From Oopsacas minuta (taxonomy: Eukaryota > Animalia > Porifera), in NCBI GenBank assembly GCA_024704765.1, contig JAKMXF010000166.1:186001-250000 (forward strand): 64,000 bases of DNA, in the 5' to 3' direction. Shown here one piece after another: positions 12,452 through 24,063 of this stretch (the stretch's first letter is position 1; each line of letters opens with the position of its first letter). Below the pieces are notes generated by a model. The model did not search any database. It was not told where the DNA came from and was given only the letters and a program-made list of their open reading frames with translations. Position numbers and translations under genes: made by a program.

Positions 12452-15400
12452 ATGTTAGGAGATGATAATGCCATGTGTATCAGGGTTACACCATCTGTTC
12501 CCTTACGAATTGAATCTAGTCCTATGCACTCTACATTCCAATCTTACTCTTCTGTTACCATGGCATATGTGGATATTACATGTATTTCAGAGCATAATCA
12601 AACACACGTTTGGTTAGGACACAACTACTCTAAGACTCTATTTTCCGATGACGTCATATTACTGACACAACTATTCTTTGACCCTGTATCATGTCGTCCC
12701 ACTATATTTATGTTCTCTCATAAAACAGTTTATTGGTTTGTATGTACAGAGGATAATCAATGGGATCTAGCTTGGCATTACCCATCTTCACAGCGAGTTT
12801 ATTCTATTTCCACTACATTTGATAGAAACAACGAGACTTATACAATAAATTTATTATTTAGAGATAAACTACACAGAATCACTGGTATCAAAATGCTTGA
12901 TAATAATGTTGTTTTTGATTTTGATAATGCGAAACATCAAGATTTTGTAGTTACTCGCTCAACGAAAATTGTTGATATATTGAATATGTGTTGTCTAGAA
13001 GATCAAATCTCTATTTGTACTGTAGCTACCCTATCACTTCATAATTTGACAGGTGACAGTAGTATATCCACTTGTTATACTCCTAATCAGGATATATGTA
13101 TTAAATATTGCATGTTTGTTACGGAGATAGGATTGATAATCCTTCTGACTCAAACTGGGGAAATTCAGTTTATTGATTCATACACTTTAACTTTGTGTGA
13201 TGAATGGATTAATGAGAAATATAATTCAATCAGTCTCTTGGATGATGAAGAGCTATACTATCTAGTTTGTCATGAAGCTAATATTCATGAATTAAGAGTA
13301 ATAAGCCTAAGTAATTTGGAAACAGTTGCTGCATGTTCTTTGCCGGATATTTCTACTTTTCTAGTAAGTTCGAATTCTTCAGATCAATTCTGTTATTATT
13401 CCTTTGATAATGATTCAGTTTTGACGTTATATCACTGTCGTTTAGAATTCGTTTCTAAAGAAGTTGACCTTGAGAAAACTATGGTTAATTTTTCTTTAAT
13501 GCAAGCCTGTATGGACCATGGATTCGACTGGGTTACCGAGATAGTAGACAATATCAATGATTCTAAATTCCAAACTGCTTGCTTTCTTCTATGGAAACAT
13601 TACGATAGTATTCAGTATAAAGTAACGGTGAATATATTCATTCTATTTTTGGATAATATACCAAAAATTAACCATCTTGAGGGAGTAATTTTATGGTTAA
13701 AATCATTGCTTTTATTCATTTCTTTACATAATGATTCAAAGAAAAACTTCTTTGCTCAAATGCTTGAATGGACAGAAGGATACATTGTCAGTTTAGAGAA
13801 ACATTTCCCTGAGAAATGGATTCAACTTTCACTCAAATTAGTTCAATTTTTGAATTCTCAAATATATGCTATTGACGCTTGGGAAGCCAACAAACGACTT
13901 GCTCTTATTCAAAACCAAATTCAAGATATTGAAATTGTATTCAACACACTAAATATTCGTCTTTCATTCTCGCGCATCTCTGAATATTCTCTTTCTTCCT
14001 TTTTGCATGAATTATTACGTCACGCACATTCCTCAGAACAAATTCGTTCTCTCTTAACTTCTAAGATAATCTCTATTGTAAATCGTCACGGAGAGAGCTT
14101 AGACAATGTCCTATATAAATACATACGGTCTCTAGATGGGAAGTTGAATCAAGAAATCTATCTAGCTGAGCTATTGGAGTCTAAAGCTATGGCTGTTATT
14201 AGTTTTATCAGTTCAAACGAACTCAAACACGAATCAACTATATTTTTACTGACACACGCGAAACTACCTACCAGCAAAAAGTTAATAGAATTCGCGATTG
14301 AGGTTGAAAACTCAACACGTAGGGATATGCAGCATGAAATTGAATTAACTCGTGTGTTAAGCATACTCAGAGATGTGTCTATTGATATTCCAGCGCTCCA
14401 TTCTCGATCTCGTCACCAAATGTGGGTTATAATACCCTCTTTACAAGCAAATACTCAATCCACTGAACGAATTACAACAATTGCAAAATATGGAGATATT
14501 TCTGACCATATACTAGCGTACATATTACATTCTTCTCAATTACTATCTCTTTCATTTGAAGAGGATCCTTATTCCAAATTATGCGATCTACTACCACTCG
14601 TTTTACAAGCTCTAATAAACGCGGAAAATAATTTTGCTGAATCTGAATTACTACTTGATTTCCTTAATAAATTACGTCATCATTACGTATCACAACATAA
14701 TATAGTGACAAACGCTTCTAAGTTTTACACTAATTATTTTGATGATCTTTTCAAAGGTGTATACTTATACCATCATTTAAAAGATTTTGAAAACGGAAGA
14801 TCGATCCCATTTCTGATTAATTCTCAATCAAATACTGACATTTATTCCCAAATAATTCCACAAATTCCTAACTTAGAAGAGAATGAAACATGTTTAACTA
14901 GTCCATTAAAGAAAATGAAACTAAGTTCTGATCCAATGTCCATTTTCAAGAACTTGTATCAATTGAGTAAATTCCATCGTCGACAAATCTGGGATGACTT
15001 AATGACGTCAGCTCTTGAGCTGTCAAACATCACATGTGCTATTCTACTTATTAAATTACGAATTCAGAAAGAAGGTTTTGAAAGCGAAGAATCAATTTCA
15101 ATTTTATTTCCACAAATATTATCAAAATTTCCTCAAATTTTATCTGAATTAGAAGAACCAGTCCATACGTTAACACAATTGGAGCAGATTATATCATCGT
15201 ACATACCAGTTGTTGCTAGGGAAAAGTTCGTCGATTTACAGCAGCTTCTCCTCAAAATACGATTAATAAAAGATATAATGTTTCAATCTGAGTTTGAAAT
15301 AAAACCTAAACTGAATCAACAACAATTGAAGGAATCGCGAAGACTATTCCGTAACCATTCATATCAAGAGAAAGGATACATATTAGACAAATCATCTACT

Positions 15401-17788
15401 ACTAATTGTATATCATCTTTATCAAAAGCAGATTACGTCATATCTCCTAGACACTCTGCATCTATTCTAGCCACATTAAAGAACTTATTTCTACCCCAAA
15501 CTTCTCTCTGTTATCTCCTCCTTACGCTCTACTCCATCCCTACACTCATAATATCACCCACTCTACACAATATACCTGGATCTCTCCTTACCTCATTATT
15601 ACGTAATAGTCCAATTGATGTGACGTATGGCCTATCCCTCCTCTTGTGCCTATCTGACGATGAAGCTAAGAAAGAACTCATTGCCTGTCATAACAACAAA
15701 ACATCAAGTCCTTCATGGTTCTTATCAGTTTCATGGATTGTTATTTATTATCTAAAGTTGGTAGAATTAGATTCATTCAAATCCTATGCTATTAAAGCAC
15801 TTTCTATAGGACAATATGTTACATACATTCGCTCTGTAACTAAGCAAAAAATTGATATAAGGTGCACTGAATGGACTCCTGAATATATCATATCAAAACT
15901 GAATAACCCTATATTCTCTCCTGTACACATATTGAGGGTAGCAGAGCTATTCTCTCTCAATACTGATAATCTGTTGCTAGGCTGGATCAAATCAGCTGTT
16001 CATGATGAATGGGATGTGAATATAATCAAGGATGCTCTGTGTTTGCTAGAAGCAAGATTTGAATCATTGTACTCTCTATATCAGTCAGGAGAGACAGCTA
16101 GTTTTAACGGCATAAAATTTATATTGGATTCTATTTTACAACTTCAGCAGTCTTCTGATTATCAGCCTTTGTTACACAAAGCAGTTTGTCTAGTAAATTT
16201 CCTAATTTCTTCTCAAGCACCTTTTCTTACAAAATCTCTAAGCATAAGCTGTGATGCATCCCTGTTAGCTACAAATCAACTTACATTCAATGATCTATTA
16301 GGAGATGATCCATGGTCATTAATAAAGGATTTTCTAACATTTCAATATCTGAACATCTACCTTGGTCTTACTGCATATCTGAACATATTGAGAGATCATT
16401 TGATTAGCAACACGATAAAGGCTGAAGTTACCAAATCTACATCACAAGAGAAGAGTCTTTGCTTTCAACAGGTTAAGCAGTATTTAGAACAACTTGGCAC
16501 TCGCGAAATACAGATTGCCGCGAGTAAATGGCTTGGTTCAAACATGCAACACATCGAGGATAAAATGAAGGCGATACTTTTCGCGATTGAATCAGCTAAC
16601 CAGTGGAAGAATGAGACTACTGTCGTGGCAGAGATACAAAAAGCTTGCGAAGCTCAGGAAAAGCTACAAAATTTCTATAACATGCTTAAAGTTGAAGCAT
16701 GGCTATCTGAGCTAGGAATCAATGAAGATAATACTCCATCCAATTTATATCAACATCCTAGAGAGCTAATACGGGTATTAACAACTTCTTATCTTCCTGA
16801 AACTATATACCAATGTACAAAGCTATATCAAATTATCACAGATATTTGTTCAATATTCTCACTTGATATTGATACAGTAATTTCGGATTCTATTTCTTCA
16901 CTAATTTCTAACCAGAAAGAATTGAAAAGTTTAAATGATTCATTTAGTTTTTGTATTGAGAGAGATTTGGAGGAGATGGACGTATCTCTTGATATAACGA
17001 GTAATATATATACTCAGTTGATTGTACTTCTTTCTGGTGATTCGGTTGATATCGATCTACATGTGAATAATCTGATCAATATCGCAATACGAGATACTAA
17101 ATCACATTCTTACAGCAATCGCAAGGCTGCCCTACAACTCGCGATTATTCTCATCTCCCATCACTCCAGTCATAAGATTACTTTCAACGAATTCGTACTT
17201 GATATACTCACCCAAATCGCGAAACAATTCGATTCTCCATCCGGTAGAGAAGATAATCTTCTATCACTACATTTGCTACTAGAGTTATTGTGTGTTGTGG
17301 AAGACCTTGAGTTACTCGGGTACCCAATGGGTATAGGTACTTTCCTACAAAGCAGTAAACTATCTGTCATACAGGGATTGGTGAGAAATTTTGCAGATAG
17401 TGCTCAGGCGTTTGAGCTCTCCGCACGTATTAGTATGCTTTTATGTTCTAAAGTATCAGACACTATTTGGCAAGAGATTTTAGAGAAATTATGTAACTAT
17501 AAAAGATACTCTTTTCTACTCTCAATTCTACCGACATTAACTAACCATATTTCTTCAGATTTTATTACTCCATTAACTTTCAAGGTTCTTACACAAATCC
17601 CTCTCACACAACACACAAACCTATTTCCTCACTTTATACAGCTAGCTCATAGTCTACCTGAATTAACTCCTATTCTAAAACAGGAATTTATTAGTTCTAC
17701 TTACAATTTTGTTAAAGAACTGAAAGCTATTGGGGAAGAATCTTATGCTCAGATTCTAGAACATTTAGTTCAATCACAAGACAATTGA
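12452..17788 (+). CDS. KNTC1: Kinetochore-associated protein 1 / Rough deal (RZZ subunit)-like, single exon
   Basis: Beta-rich N-terminus then a long helical solenoid. The C-terminal LELLGYPMGIGTFLQSSKLSVIQGLVRNF...IWQEILEKL resembles the Rod_C region of KNTC1. First ATG at 12452. Confidence 0.7.
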   Translation: MLGDDNAMCIRVTPSVPLRIESSPMHSTFQSYSSVTMAYVDITCISEHNQTHVWLGHNYSKTLFSDDVILLTQLFFDPVSCRPTIFMFSHKTVYWFVCTEDNQWDLAWHYPSSQRVYSISTTFDRNNETYTINLLFRDKLHRITGIKMLDNNVVFDFDNAKHQDFVVTRSTKIVDILNMCCLEDQISICTVATLSLHNLTGDSSISTCYTPNQDICIKYCMFVTEIGLIILLTQTGEIQFIDSYTLTLCDEWINEKYNSISLLDDEELYYLVCHEANIHELRVISLSNLETVAACSLPDISTFLVSSNSSDQFCYYSFDNDSVLTLYHCRLEFVSKEVDLEKTMVNFSLMQACMDHGFDWVTEIVDNINDSKFQTACFLLWKHYDSIQYKVTVNIFILFLDNIPKINHLEGVILWLKSLLLFISLHNDSKKNFFAQMLEWTEGYIVSLEKHFPEKWIQLSLKLVQFLNSQIYAIDAWEANKRLALIQNQIQDIEIVFNTLNIRLSFSRISEYSLSSFLHELLRHAHSSEQIRSLLTSKIISIVNRHGESLDNVLYKYIRSLDGKLNQEIYLAELLESKAMAVISFISSNELKHESTIFLLTHAKLPTSKKLIEFAIEVENSTRRDMQHEIELTRVLSILRDVSIDIPALHSRSRHQMWVIIPSLQANTQSTERITTIAKYGDISDHILAYILHSSQLLSLSFEEDPYSKLCDLLPLVLQALINAENNFAESELLLDFLNKLRHHYVSQHNIVTNASKFYTNYFDDLFKGVYLYHHLKDFENGRSIPFLINSQSNTDIYSQIIPQIPNLEENETCLTSPLKKMKLSSDPMSIFKNLYQLSKFHRRQIWDDLMTSALELSNITCAILLIKLRIQKEGFESEESISILFPQILSKFPQILSELEEPVHTLTQLEQIISSYIPVVAREKFVDLQQLLLKIRLIKDIMFQSEFEIKPKLNQQQLKESRRLFRNHSYQEKGYILDKSSTTNCISSLSKADYVISPRHSASILATLKNLFLPQTSLCYLLLTLYSIPTLIISPTLHNIPGSLLTSLLRNSPIDVTYGLSLLLCLSDDEAKKELIACHNNKTSSPSWFLSVSWIVIYYLKLVELDSFKSYAIKALSIGQYVTYIRSVTKQKIDIRCTEWTPEYIISKLNNPIFSPVHILRVAELFSLNTDNLLLGWIKSAVHDEWDVNIIKDALCLLEARFESLYSLYQSGETASFNGIKFILDSILQLQQSSDYQPLLHKAVCLVNFLISSQAPFLTKSLSISCDASLLATNQLTFNDLLGDDPWSLIKDFLTFQYLNIYLGLTAYLNILRDHLISNTIKAEVTKSTSQEKSLCFQQVKQYLEQLGTREIQIAASKWLGSNMQHIEDKMKAILFAIESANQWKNETTVVAEIQKACEAQEKLQNFYNMLKVEAWLSELGINEDNTPSNLYQHPRELIRVLTTSYLPETIYQCTKLYQIITDICSIFSLDIDTVISDSISSLISNQKELKSLNDSFSFCIERDLEEMDVSLDITSNIYTQLIVLLSGDSVDIDLHVNNLINIAIRDTKSHSYSNRKAALQLAIILISHHSSHKITFNEFVLDILTQIAKQFDSPSGREDNLLSLHLLLELLCVVEDLELLGYPMGIGTFLQSSKLSVIQGLVRNFADSAQAFELSARISMLLCSKVSDTIWQEILEKLCNYKRYSFLLSILPTLTNHISSDFITPLTFKVLTQIPLTQHTNLFPHFIQLAHSLPELTPILKQEFISSTYNFVKELKAIGEESYAQILEHLVQSQDN

Positions 17789-17911
17789 TTTCTAAGCCTT
17801 TAGTAGCTTCTATTGTAGGTGAGATTTACTGATATTATTTCTATCTGACATTTTATAGCGTCCGTTAAGTAACGTCTATCTAGATGAACTAAGTCTTAAT
17901 TGTATTCAATT

Positions 17912-18051
17912 TAGTGGATACCGGTTATAAGAACACCGGATATAAGCACTATCTTCTGGAAACGGTTCTCACATATTCCTGTATGTTTTATACCAGTTAT
18001 AAGAACATGTTTTGCTACTCCGGAGGGGTTTCTTATAACCAGCATCCACTG
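17912..18051. mobile_element. 140-bp MITE between KNTC1 and DNAAF5
   Basis: TIRs TAGTGGATACCGGTTATAAGAA / reverse complement CAGTGGATGCTGGTTATAAGAA (19/22 match); internal copies of gttataagaac. Confidence 0.75.
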
Positions 18052-18117
18052 TGCTTAATTTCCTAATACCGTGACATATTTGTATTGACAATACATAAGT
18101 TAGATTTTTATCTTATT

Positions 18118-20670
18118 ATGTCAGAAGAAGTAAAAGAGAAAGTACTTTATCTACAGCAACAACTACAACGAGATGTCAACTGCCTGTCAGATTCTAACAG
18201 ATCTGTACGTGCTAGTTCTTTGAATAAAATACGCAAATTTGTGTTTGTAGATAAACAGCTATCTTCTGAGGAAATTCTGTTAATGTTAGACTTTCTATTG
18301 AAACCGTTATTGAAGCTTTTTCCAGATTCAGTTGAGAAATGTCGCGAAACTTCTCTCGCTATATTCCGCGAGTTTTATGAGCGATTAGATTGTGAGGGAA
18401 TCGGACGTTCTCTCACATACCTAATGCCTGTTATGGTATCTAGGTTAGCTAACCAAGAAATAAAAGAACCTAGCGAGGAAATTCGTTTACAGATGATTGA
18501 ATTTTTGGAATATTTTCTAAAAAAACTTTCTAAACTTGTAATTACTCCATTTTACGATGACGTCATAATGATTCTCCATTTTTCTGTCACAGATCCTTAC
18601 GCAGAAGTTAAGAAAATCAGCTGTTCCCTAATAGAATACATTGCGCCATTCCTTTCAGATTGCTTTTTCGTGACAGGAGAATGTCTCATTACTCCTATTC
18701 TATCTTCCATAGGACATCAACATTCAAAAGTACGTACCGCTACTCTTAGAGCTCTCGGTGTCACAATGCAATGTGGTGGTTCTAAAGCTGGTAAGAGATT
18801 GGAGGAGTGTATGTTTCCATTAGCTCAGAGGACATTTGATCAGATACCTAATGTTAGGATATGTCTGTATCAGGTACTAGGGGGTTGGTTATTGGACCTA
18901 TTGGACAGGTACTCCTACTGGTACAGGTTGTTACCTCTGTTTTTAAGCGGGCTAACTGATGAACTTCCAGAGGTTAGAGAAAAGGTGAAATTGTTGTTTG
19001 ATGAAATTGGCGCCAAATATGAAGAAGAGAATGAAAGACAGCTGAAAGATTTCCTTGACTATCCAGATACAACCATAATAGATACACCATACACTAGACC
19101 TAGGTTAGGCTGTAGAGTACTTGTTAGAGAGAATTTCTCTAAAATACTCCCTGCTCTAATCCGAGATATGACAGACTGGACCGAAAGGAACAGATTAAAA
19201 GCCGCGGAACTTCTCTATACTCTCCTCGTGCATGAGGAAGATCACGCTACACAACATACATCTGCTATACTACAGGGCTTCTACAAAGGAATGTTAGTTG
19301 ATGAAGAGACCGTGAAGGAGAGAATAGACATGAGTGCTGAGGTGGTAGGTTACTTTGTCAGTTCCGACACTTGGATACCACTCGTGACGTCAGCCGTAAT
19401 CGGATCAACTGGTATTAAAACTCAGTCACCTGTTGCTACCAGTGTTCACTCAATGATAGCTACTCTACGCGTCTTTTCACACCTTTTAAAAGGCGCTAAA
19501 TCATCCAGCATTCAACCTCATATTTCAGAAATAGTACAATGTATATGCATCCCAGATCTTGCACTCTCAGAAACTCATGACGTCATTTTACATCTAGTCC
19601 ATTGCATGCATAACTTTATCGACAAAACAAACAAAGAAGATTGTGAGTTTATCTCAAATCAGCTGTTCGCTTCTCTATTAGGTTTATCAGCTAAACCTGT
19701 CTTAACAAATTCTCTCAGAGATTTGATTATAGATACACAAAGAAGCTTAGCAATACACCAAGAAATAGAAATACAAGATTTGTATAGAATACATACTAAA
19801 TCTATCTTGGAACAGATAGAGCCTACATCTAATAACTGGCTAGCTTCTACTTCTCATGAATTCCTGATATTCATTTCTATCCTCACCAACGCTGGTACAC
19901 ATCTGGGGTCTCTACTACCTGTTATAACAAGCATACTGATTACATGTATGACTCCTAAGAAGGATAATGTTATTAAGCTAGAGTTATTTAACGTATTGGT
20001 TGAATTACTAACTTCTGATCTGAATACTAGCTTGAATTCTCAGGGAGAACTCAAACAATTTATCCCTGAATTGGTATATAAAGTTATCCTACCAAATTGC
20101 AGATGGATGATAGGTCGTACAGCTGGAGTCATGCGTACCGCTAGTGTGTCTTGCCTCTGGGCTCTTGCTAAAACGGGGAGTTTCCCTGCTGAGTTGTGTT
20201 GTGATGCTGACCTACTCGCGGTTATTCCCACCTTATTAGACGATGATACTGAATCAACTCGCTTATCCACCTGTAAAGCATTCAAAGAGATTATATCTGT
20301 CCCTAATGTTCATCTTTCAACAGATCAGCTACACGAATTATACCCACATCTCGCGAAAAGACTTGACGACAACCGTGATGACGTAAGAGTTGCTACTTGT
20401 AAAATTCTAACTCGATTCTATCAATTAGTCCCTGCTAATTATAATACAGAGTTATATGCTGCTCATTTGAAGGACATGTACCAAGGACTCCTACTACATC
20501 TAGATGATCCTCTACAGGAAATACAAGAGGAAGTGTATGCTGTACTTGTAACAGCTGCTAAGATATGTCCTCAGCTGTTAATCGAACAGCTGGATAGTGT
20601 TAGACATAAACATAGAGTTAGTTACTACTGTAAGAATCTTAGTGAGTATGTTCGGAGTATTATTAGTTAA
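18118..20670 (+). CDS. DNAAF5: Dynein axonemal assembly factor 5 (HEATR2)
   Basis: HEAT repeats; RPRLGCRVLVRENFSKILPALIRDMTDW...EEDHATQH matches HEATR2. ATG at 18118. Confidence 0.92.
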   Translation: MSEEVKEKVLYLQQQLQRDVNCLSDSNRSVRASSLNKIRKFVFVDKQLSSEEILLMLDFLLKPLLKLFPDSVEKCRETSLAIFREFYERLDCEGIGRSLTYLMPVMVSRLANQEIKEPSEEIRLQMIEFLEYFLKKLSKLVITPFYDDVIMILHFSVTDPYAEVKKISCSLIEYIAPFLSDCFFVTGECLITPILSSIGHQHSKVRTATLRALGVTMQCGGSKAGKRLEECMFPLAQRTFDQIPNVRICLYQVLGGWLLDLLDRYSYWYRLLPLFLSGLTDELPEVREKVKLLFDEIGAKYEEENERQLKDFLDYPDTTIIDTPYTRPRLGCRVLVRENFSKILPALIRDMTDWTERNRLKAAELLYTLLVHEEDHATQHTSAILQGFYKGMLVDEETVKERIDMSAEVVGYFVSSDTWIPLVTSAVIGSTGIKTQSPVATSVHSMIATLRVFSHLLKGAKSSSIQPHISEIVQCICIPDLALSETHDVILHLVHCMHNFIDKTNKEDCEFISNQLFASLLGLSAKPVLTNSLRDLIIDTQRSLAIHQEIEIQDLYRIHTKSILEQIEPTSNNWLASTSHEFLIFISILTNAGTHLGSLLPVITSILITCMTPKKDNVIKLELFNVLVELLTSDLNTSLNSQGELKQFIPELVYKVILPNCRWMIGRTAGVMRTASVSCLWALAKTGSFPAELCCDADLLAVIPTLLDDDTESTRLSTCKAFKEIISVPNVHLSTDQLHELYPHLAKRLDDNRDDVRVATCKILTRFYQLVPANYNTELYAAHLKDMYQGLLLHLDDPLQEIQEEVYAVLVTAAKICPQLLIEQLDSVRHKHRVSYYCKNLSEYVRSIIS

Positions 20671-21526
20671 CTGAGCTGTTTTAAGTGCAACCCTATCACT
20701 GATATTTGCTGTTACTTTATTGTAAAAATAGTTTGTTCTAATTTAACGAGATTAATATTGAGTGAAACGCGGTTTTCACACTTTTTAAATAGAATGATAA
20801 ATTGGATAATAATCATTGCACTCAAACTTAGAAGTCTGTAGTTAGTTTATACCTTGAATATAGTATTTACTTGTATAATTTATGAAGTCAAACTAATGAC
20901 CTAAGATTATCAAGCACTTTACAATTATGGATATATACTTTACATATTTACAATTACAGGAAATATTATATATTATCTTGCTAGAAAATGTGGTAATCGT
21001 GCTCTGTTATACGATTCGTAACAGGTAAAATAAATCAAATTACTAATGCTTAAATAATAGATTATGCAATCTTAGATAGTTATTTCAATATGATGTATGA
21101 TTAATCATAGTTTTAAAATATGATATTCATTTCTGCAAAATATGATTAACTTCCTATTTAAGTCACAACTCACAAGCTGTGGATAATAATTGAATTAATA
21201 GCATTTTCTATGCTCATTTTAGGAAGAAATCTATTACAAATATTGCTGTGTTATCATTCAATCCTACCTAATTTTGACACATTTCCGTACTGACAAGCCC
21301 ATCATAAAGAATTTTTTGCAATAAATCTGCCTTCAAAATTCCAAAGCAAATGTACTTGTAACAAAGTTGTATCGTGTATGGCCGAATGGTGGGTTTTAAG
21401 ATATCTACGAATAAATCACTAATTCACTCTATAGTCACGTCCATATCAACTCTGCTTAATTACTTTTCTTGTAGATTCTAATATTACCGAACTATTATTC
21501 CAGCTCTATCAGTTCAATTGATTTGC

Positions 21527-22735
21527 ATGGCAGTCAGTAATCCAGATAAGAATGGTGATAAGGTGAAAATACGAGGGATATGGACGTGGGGCAGTGATGG
21601 ATACGGTAGACTAGGACAAGGGACTATTAATAAACATCTACTTACTCCCCAGAAAGTATTAGGGCTAGAAGGGAAGGTAATTACCTCTATAGCTTGTGGT
21701 TCAGCACACACTATCATTACTTGTTATAAGACTGATGATGGTAAGGAAGGTGAAATAGGATGTTATTCTTGGGGAAAATGTCATTTTGGAATGCTCGGTC
21801 ATAATGAGTTAGAAATAGATCAAAGTATTCCTCTACAGTTAACTGTTTTGGGTGATATTAAGGAAAAGGTTCGGTCAGTTGGTTGTGGACAATCATTTTC
21901 ATTTCTTGTTACTGAAGGAGGAGGTACCTATAGCTGGGGATGTGGTTATTATGGTGCTCTAGGTCATGGTAACGAAACCTCACTACTAACTCCAAAACGT
22001 ATTGAAGGATTGAAAGGTGAAAAAGTAAAGTCAATAAGAGGAGGAGCATTTCATTCTATTGCATTGACAGAAGACGGAAAAGTATTTTCATGGGGAAGAG
22101 ACCATATGGGGCAACTTGGCTTAGCGCCTCTATCAGGAACATCGAAAGTTAGACTAAATCACAAAACGCCTGAACAAGTCATTTTACCATCTACCGCAAC
22201 TAAAATATCTACATTTTGTAATCACTCTATGATACTAATGGAGGATCAAATATTGTTAAGTTTTGGTGATAACACTCATGAACAATTGGGTCACAAAATG
22301 CCATCATATGATGCGAACAAAGATCTTAAAAAGGGTAAAGAAGAGTGTAGAGTTATGATTTTGTCTGAAAAAGAGCTGGAAACTTATATTCCAATTCTTG
22401 ATATGGCTTGTGGAACATCTCACTCCCTTGCCGTTACAACTTGTAATAAGTTATACTCATGGGGGAATAACAGTAATGGAGCTCTAGGTAGGAACGATCT
22501 GGATAAGGAACCTAAACAAGTTAAAGTTGGAGATGTAAAGTTTGTTGGCGTATCTGCTGGCCACGAATTCTCCCTCGCTCTGAGTATAGATAAGAAAGTA
22601 TATAGCTGGGGTGAAAATTATCTTTCTAAACTTGGTAGAGAAAATAAAACTGAATTTCCCGAGGAAGTTAAAGGTTTAGAGAATATTGATGAAATAATCT
22701 GTGCTGAAAACCATTGTACTGCTTTGGAATTTTGA
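21527..22735 (+). CDS. Stand-alone RCC1-repeat beta-propeller protein
   Basis: Repeated (T/S)WG...G.LG and iacG..H(T/S) blades. Orthology not assignable. Confidence 0.85.
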   Translation: MAVSNPDKNGDKVKIRGIWTWGSDGYGRLGQGTINKHLLTPQKVLGLEGKVITSIACGSAHTIITCYKTDDGKEGEIGCYSWGKCHFGMLGHNELEIDQSIPLQLTVLGDIKEKVRSVGCGQSFSFLVTEGGGTYSWGCGYYGALGHGNETSLLTPKRIEGLKGEKVKSIRGGAFHSIALTEDGKVFSWGRDHMGQLGLAPLSGTSKVRLNHKTPEQVILPSTATKISTFCNHSMILMEDQILLSFGDNTHEQLGHKMPSYDANKDLKKGKEECRVMILSEKELETYIPILDMACGTSHSLAVTTCNKLYSWGNNSNGALGRNDLDKEPKQVKVGDVKFVGVSAGHEFSLALSIDKKVYSWGENYLSKLGRENKTEFPEEVKGLENIDEIICAENHCTALEF

Positions 22736-22755
22736 TTGAATAATTAGTGTATATA

Positions 22756-24063
22756 CAGGGTGGCTCCAAAGTTCTGATACAAACCATTTTGTCTATAATG
22801 TTTTTTCAGCATGACCTACATCATTGATTTTCTATATATAATTAATACATACTATTAGGAAGAGATTCCCTAGCCATTTATTCAATATAACCACCCTTTT
22901 TGGAAGTAACAACCCTGAGTCTGTTCGGGAATCCTTCTACTGCGGCATGCAGGGTTTCTTCGGGTATCTTCTCCCATTCTCGACACAAGGAAATCTTTAG
23001 AGAGCTAGCTGTGTTGTGTGACACAGAACAAACCTTGTTTTCCAAGATAGACCATACAGAATAGTCCATTGGATTTAAATCGGGACTGTATGGTGGCCAT
23101 TCATCCTTGTGTATAAAAGTGGGAATATTGTGCTTCAGCCAATCTTGGGTCGTATTGGCCGTATGGGCGGGAGTACCATCTTGTTGGAAGACAAATGGCT
23201 GTCCAGAAAACATGGTCTGGCTCAGACATTTTACCACAGGCTCTAATACAAGCTCTTGGTATAATTTGCATTGATTTTCACTCCTGGGGGGATGAAAATC
23301 AGTGGTGTCTGGCCAACAGCAGAGACCCCAGTCCAAACCATCACCGACAGCGGTTTCTCCATCCGACATATATCTGAACTTATCAGGGATCGCTGAAACT
23401 GAGGTCGAGATGACTCTGTCGTTTATGCTATTTGTAGCCTCTTCAATGGTGAAAATTTCTCAACTGAGAAAAGGATATTTTCGAGAACCCCAATAGCGTG
23501 TAGAGCAAGTAGACTCTTGCTCCGGGACACTCTCTTTTCTTTCACCGACCCAGATAGGAATTGTACCTTTTTGCGTTTAAAAGAGCGCATTCCTAGGTCC
23601 CTTTTGACAACCTTTTGTATTGCTCGGCGAGATATATTGAGCTCCCAAGGCCATTTCCCTCATCGAACGGTGTGGGTTCTGCCGAATCCGTTCTCGCACC
23701 ACTTTCTTGAGAGCTGGGTCGTTACAGAGCATAGACGACCAGATCTCTGCTTGTCTACAGTGTCCCCAGTTTCCTTATATCGATTTATCGTCCTGTAGAT
23801 AAATGCCCTACGTCCTTTTGCAATATACAGCAGTTTCAAAATTTCTGAGGGACTTTTCCCCGCCATATGCAACTCAATAATTGCTGACCTCTCAGATTCC
23901 ATGGTCAATCACAATTATTTTCGAAATAGTATACACTAAATTGAAATAAAATTCGTTAGGAAGCGTATAAGGTGTGTCATGGAAGAGCAAACCATTGAGA
24001 ATACTTCCTGATAATGGTTGTATATGAATTGTGATTTTGTATCAGTACTTTGGAGCCACCCTG
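22756..24063 (-). mobile_element. Tc1/mariner superfamily transposon, DD37D (maT) family, inactive
   Basis: 1308 bp, TA on both sides (22754-55, 24064-65); 28-bp TIRs CAGGGTGGCTCCAAAGT(T/A)CTGATACAAA, 27/28 identical; 37 residues between QDG and the D of SPDLNPMD. Confidence 0.93.
22878..23902 (-). pseudogene. Frameshifted maT transposase
   Basis: HTH N-terminus from ATG 23902 (MESERSAIIELH...) and catalytic C-terminus (FQQDGTPAH...WPPYSPDLNPMDY) lie in different frames with several frameshifts. The first catalytic Asp reads ILFSVEKIF (SDE to SVE). Confidence 0.88.

Noticed and set aside
21527-22735. RCC1 propeller as a UVR8-like photoreceptor
   Set aside because: It lacks the GWRHT tryptophan motifs (has GSAHT, GAFHS, GTSHS instead).
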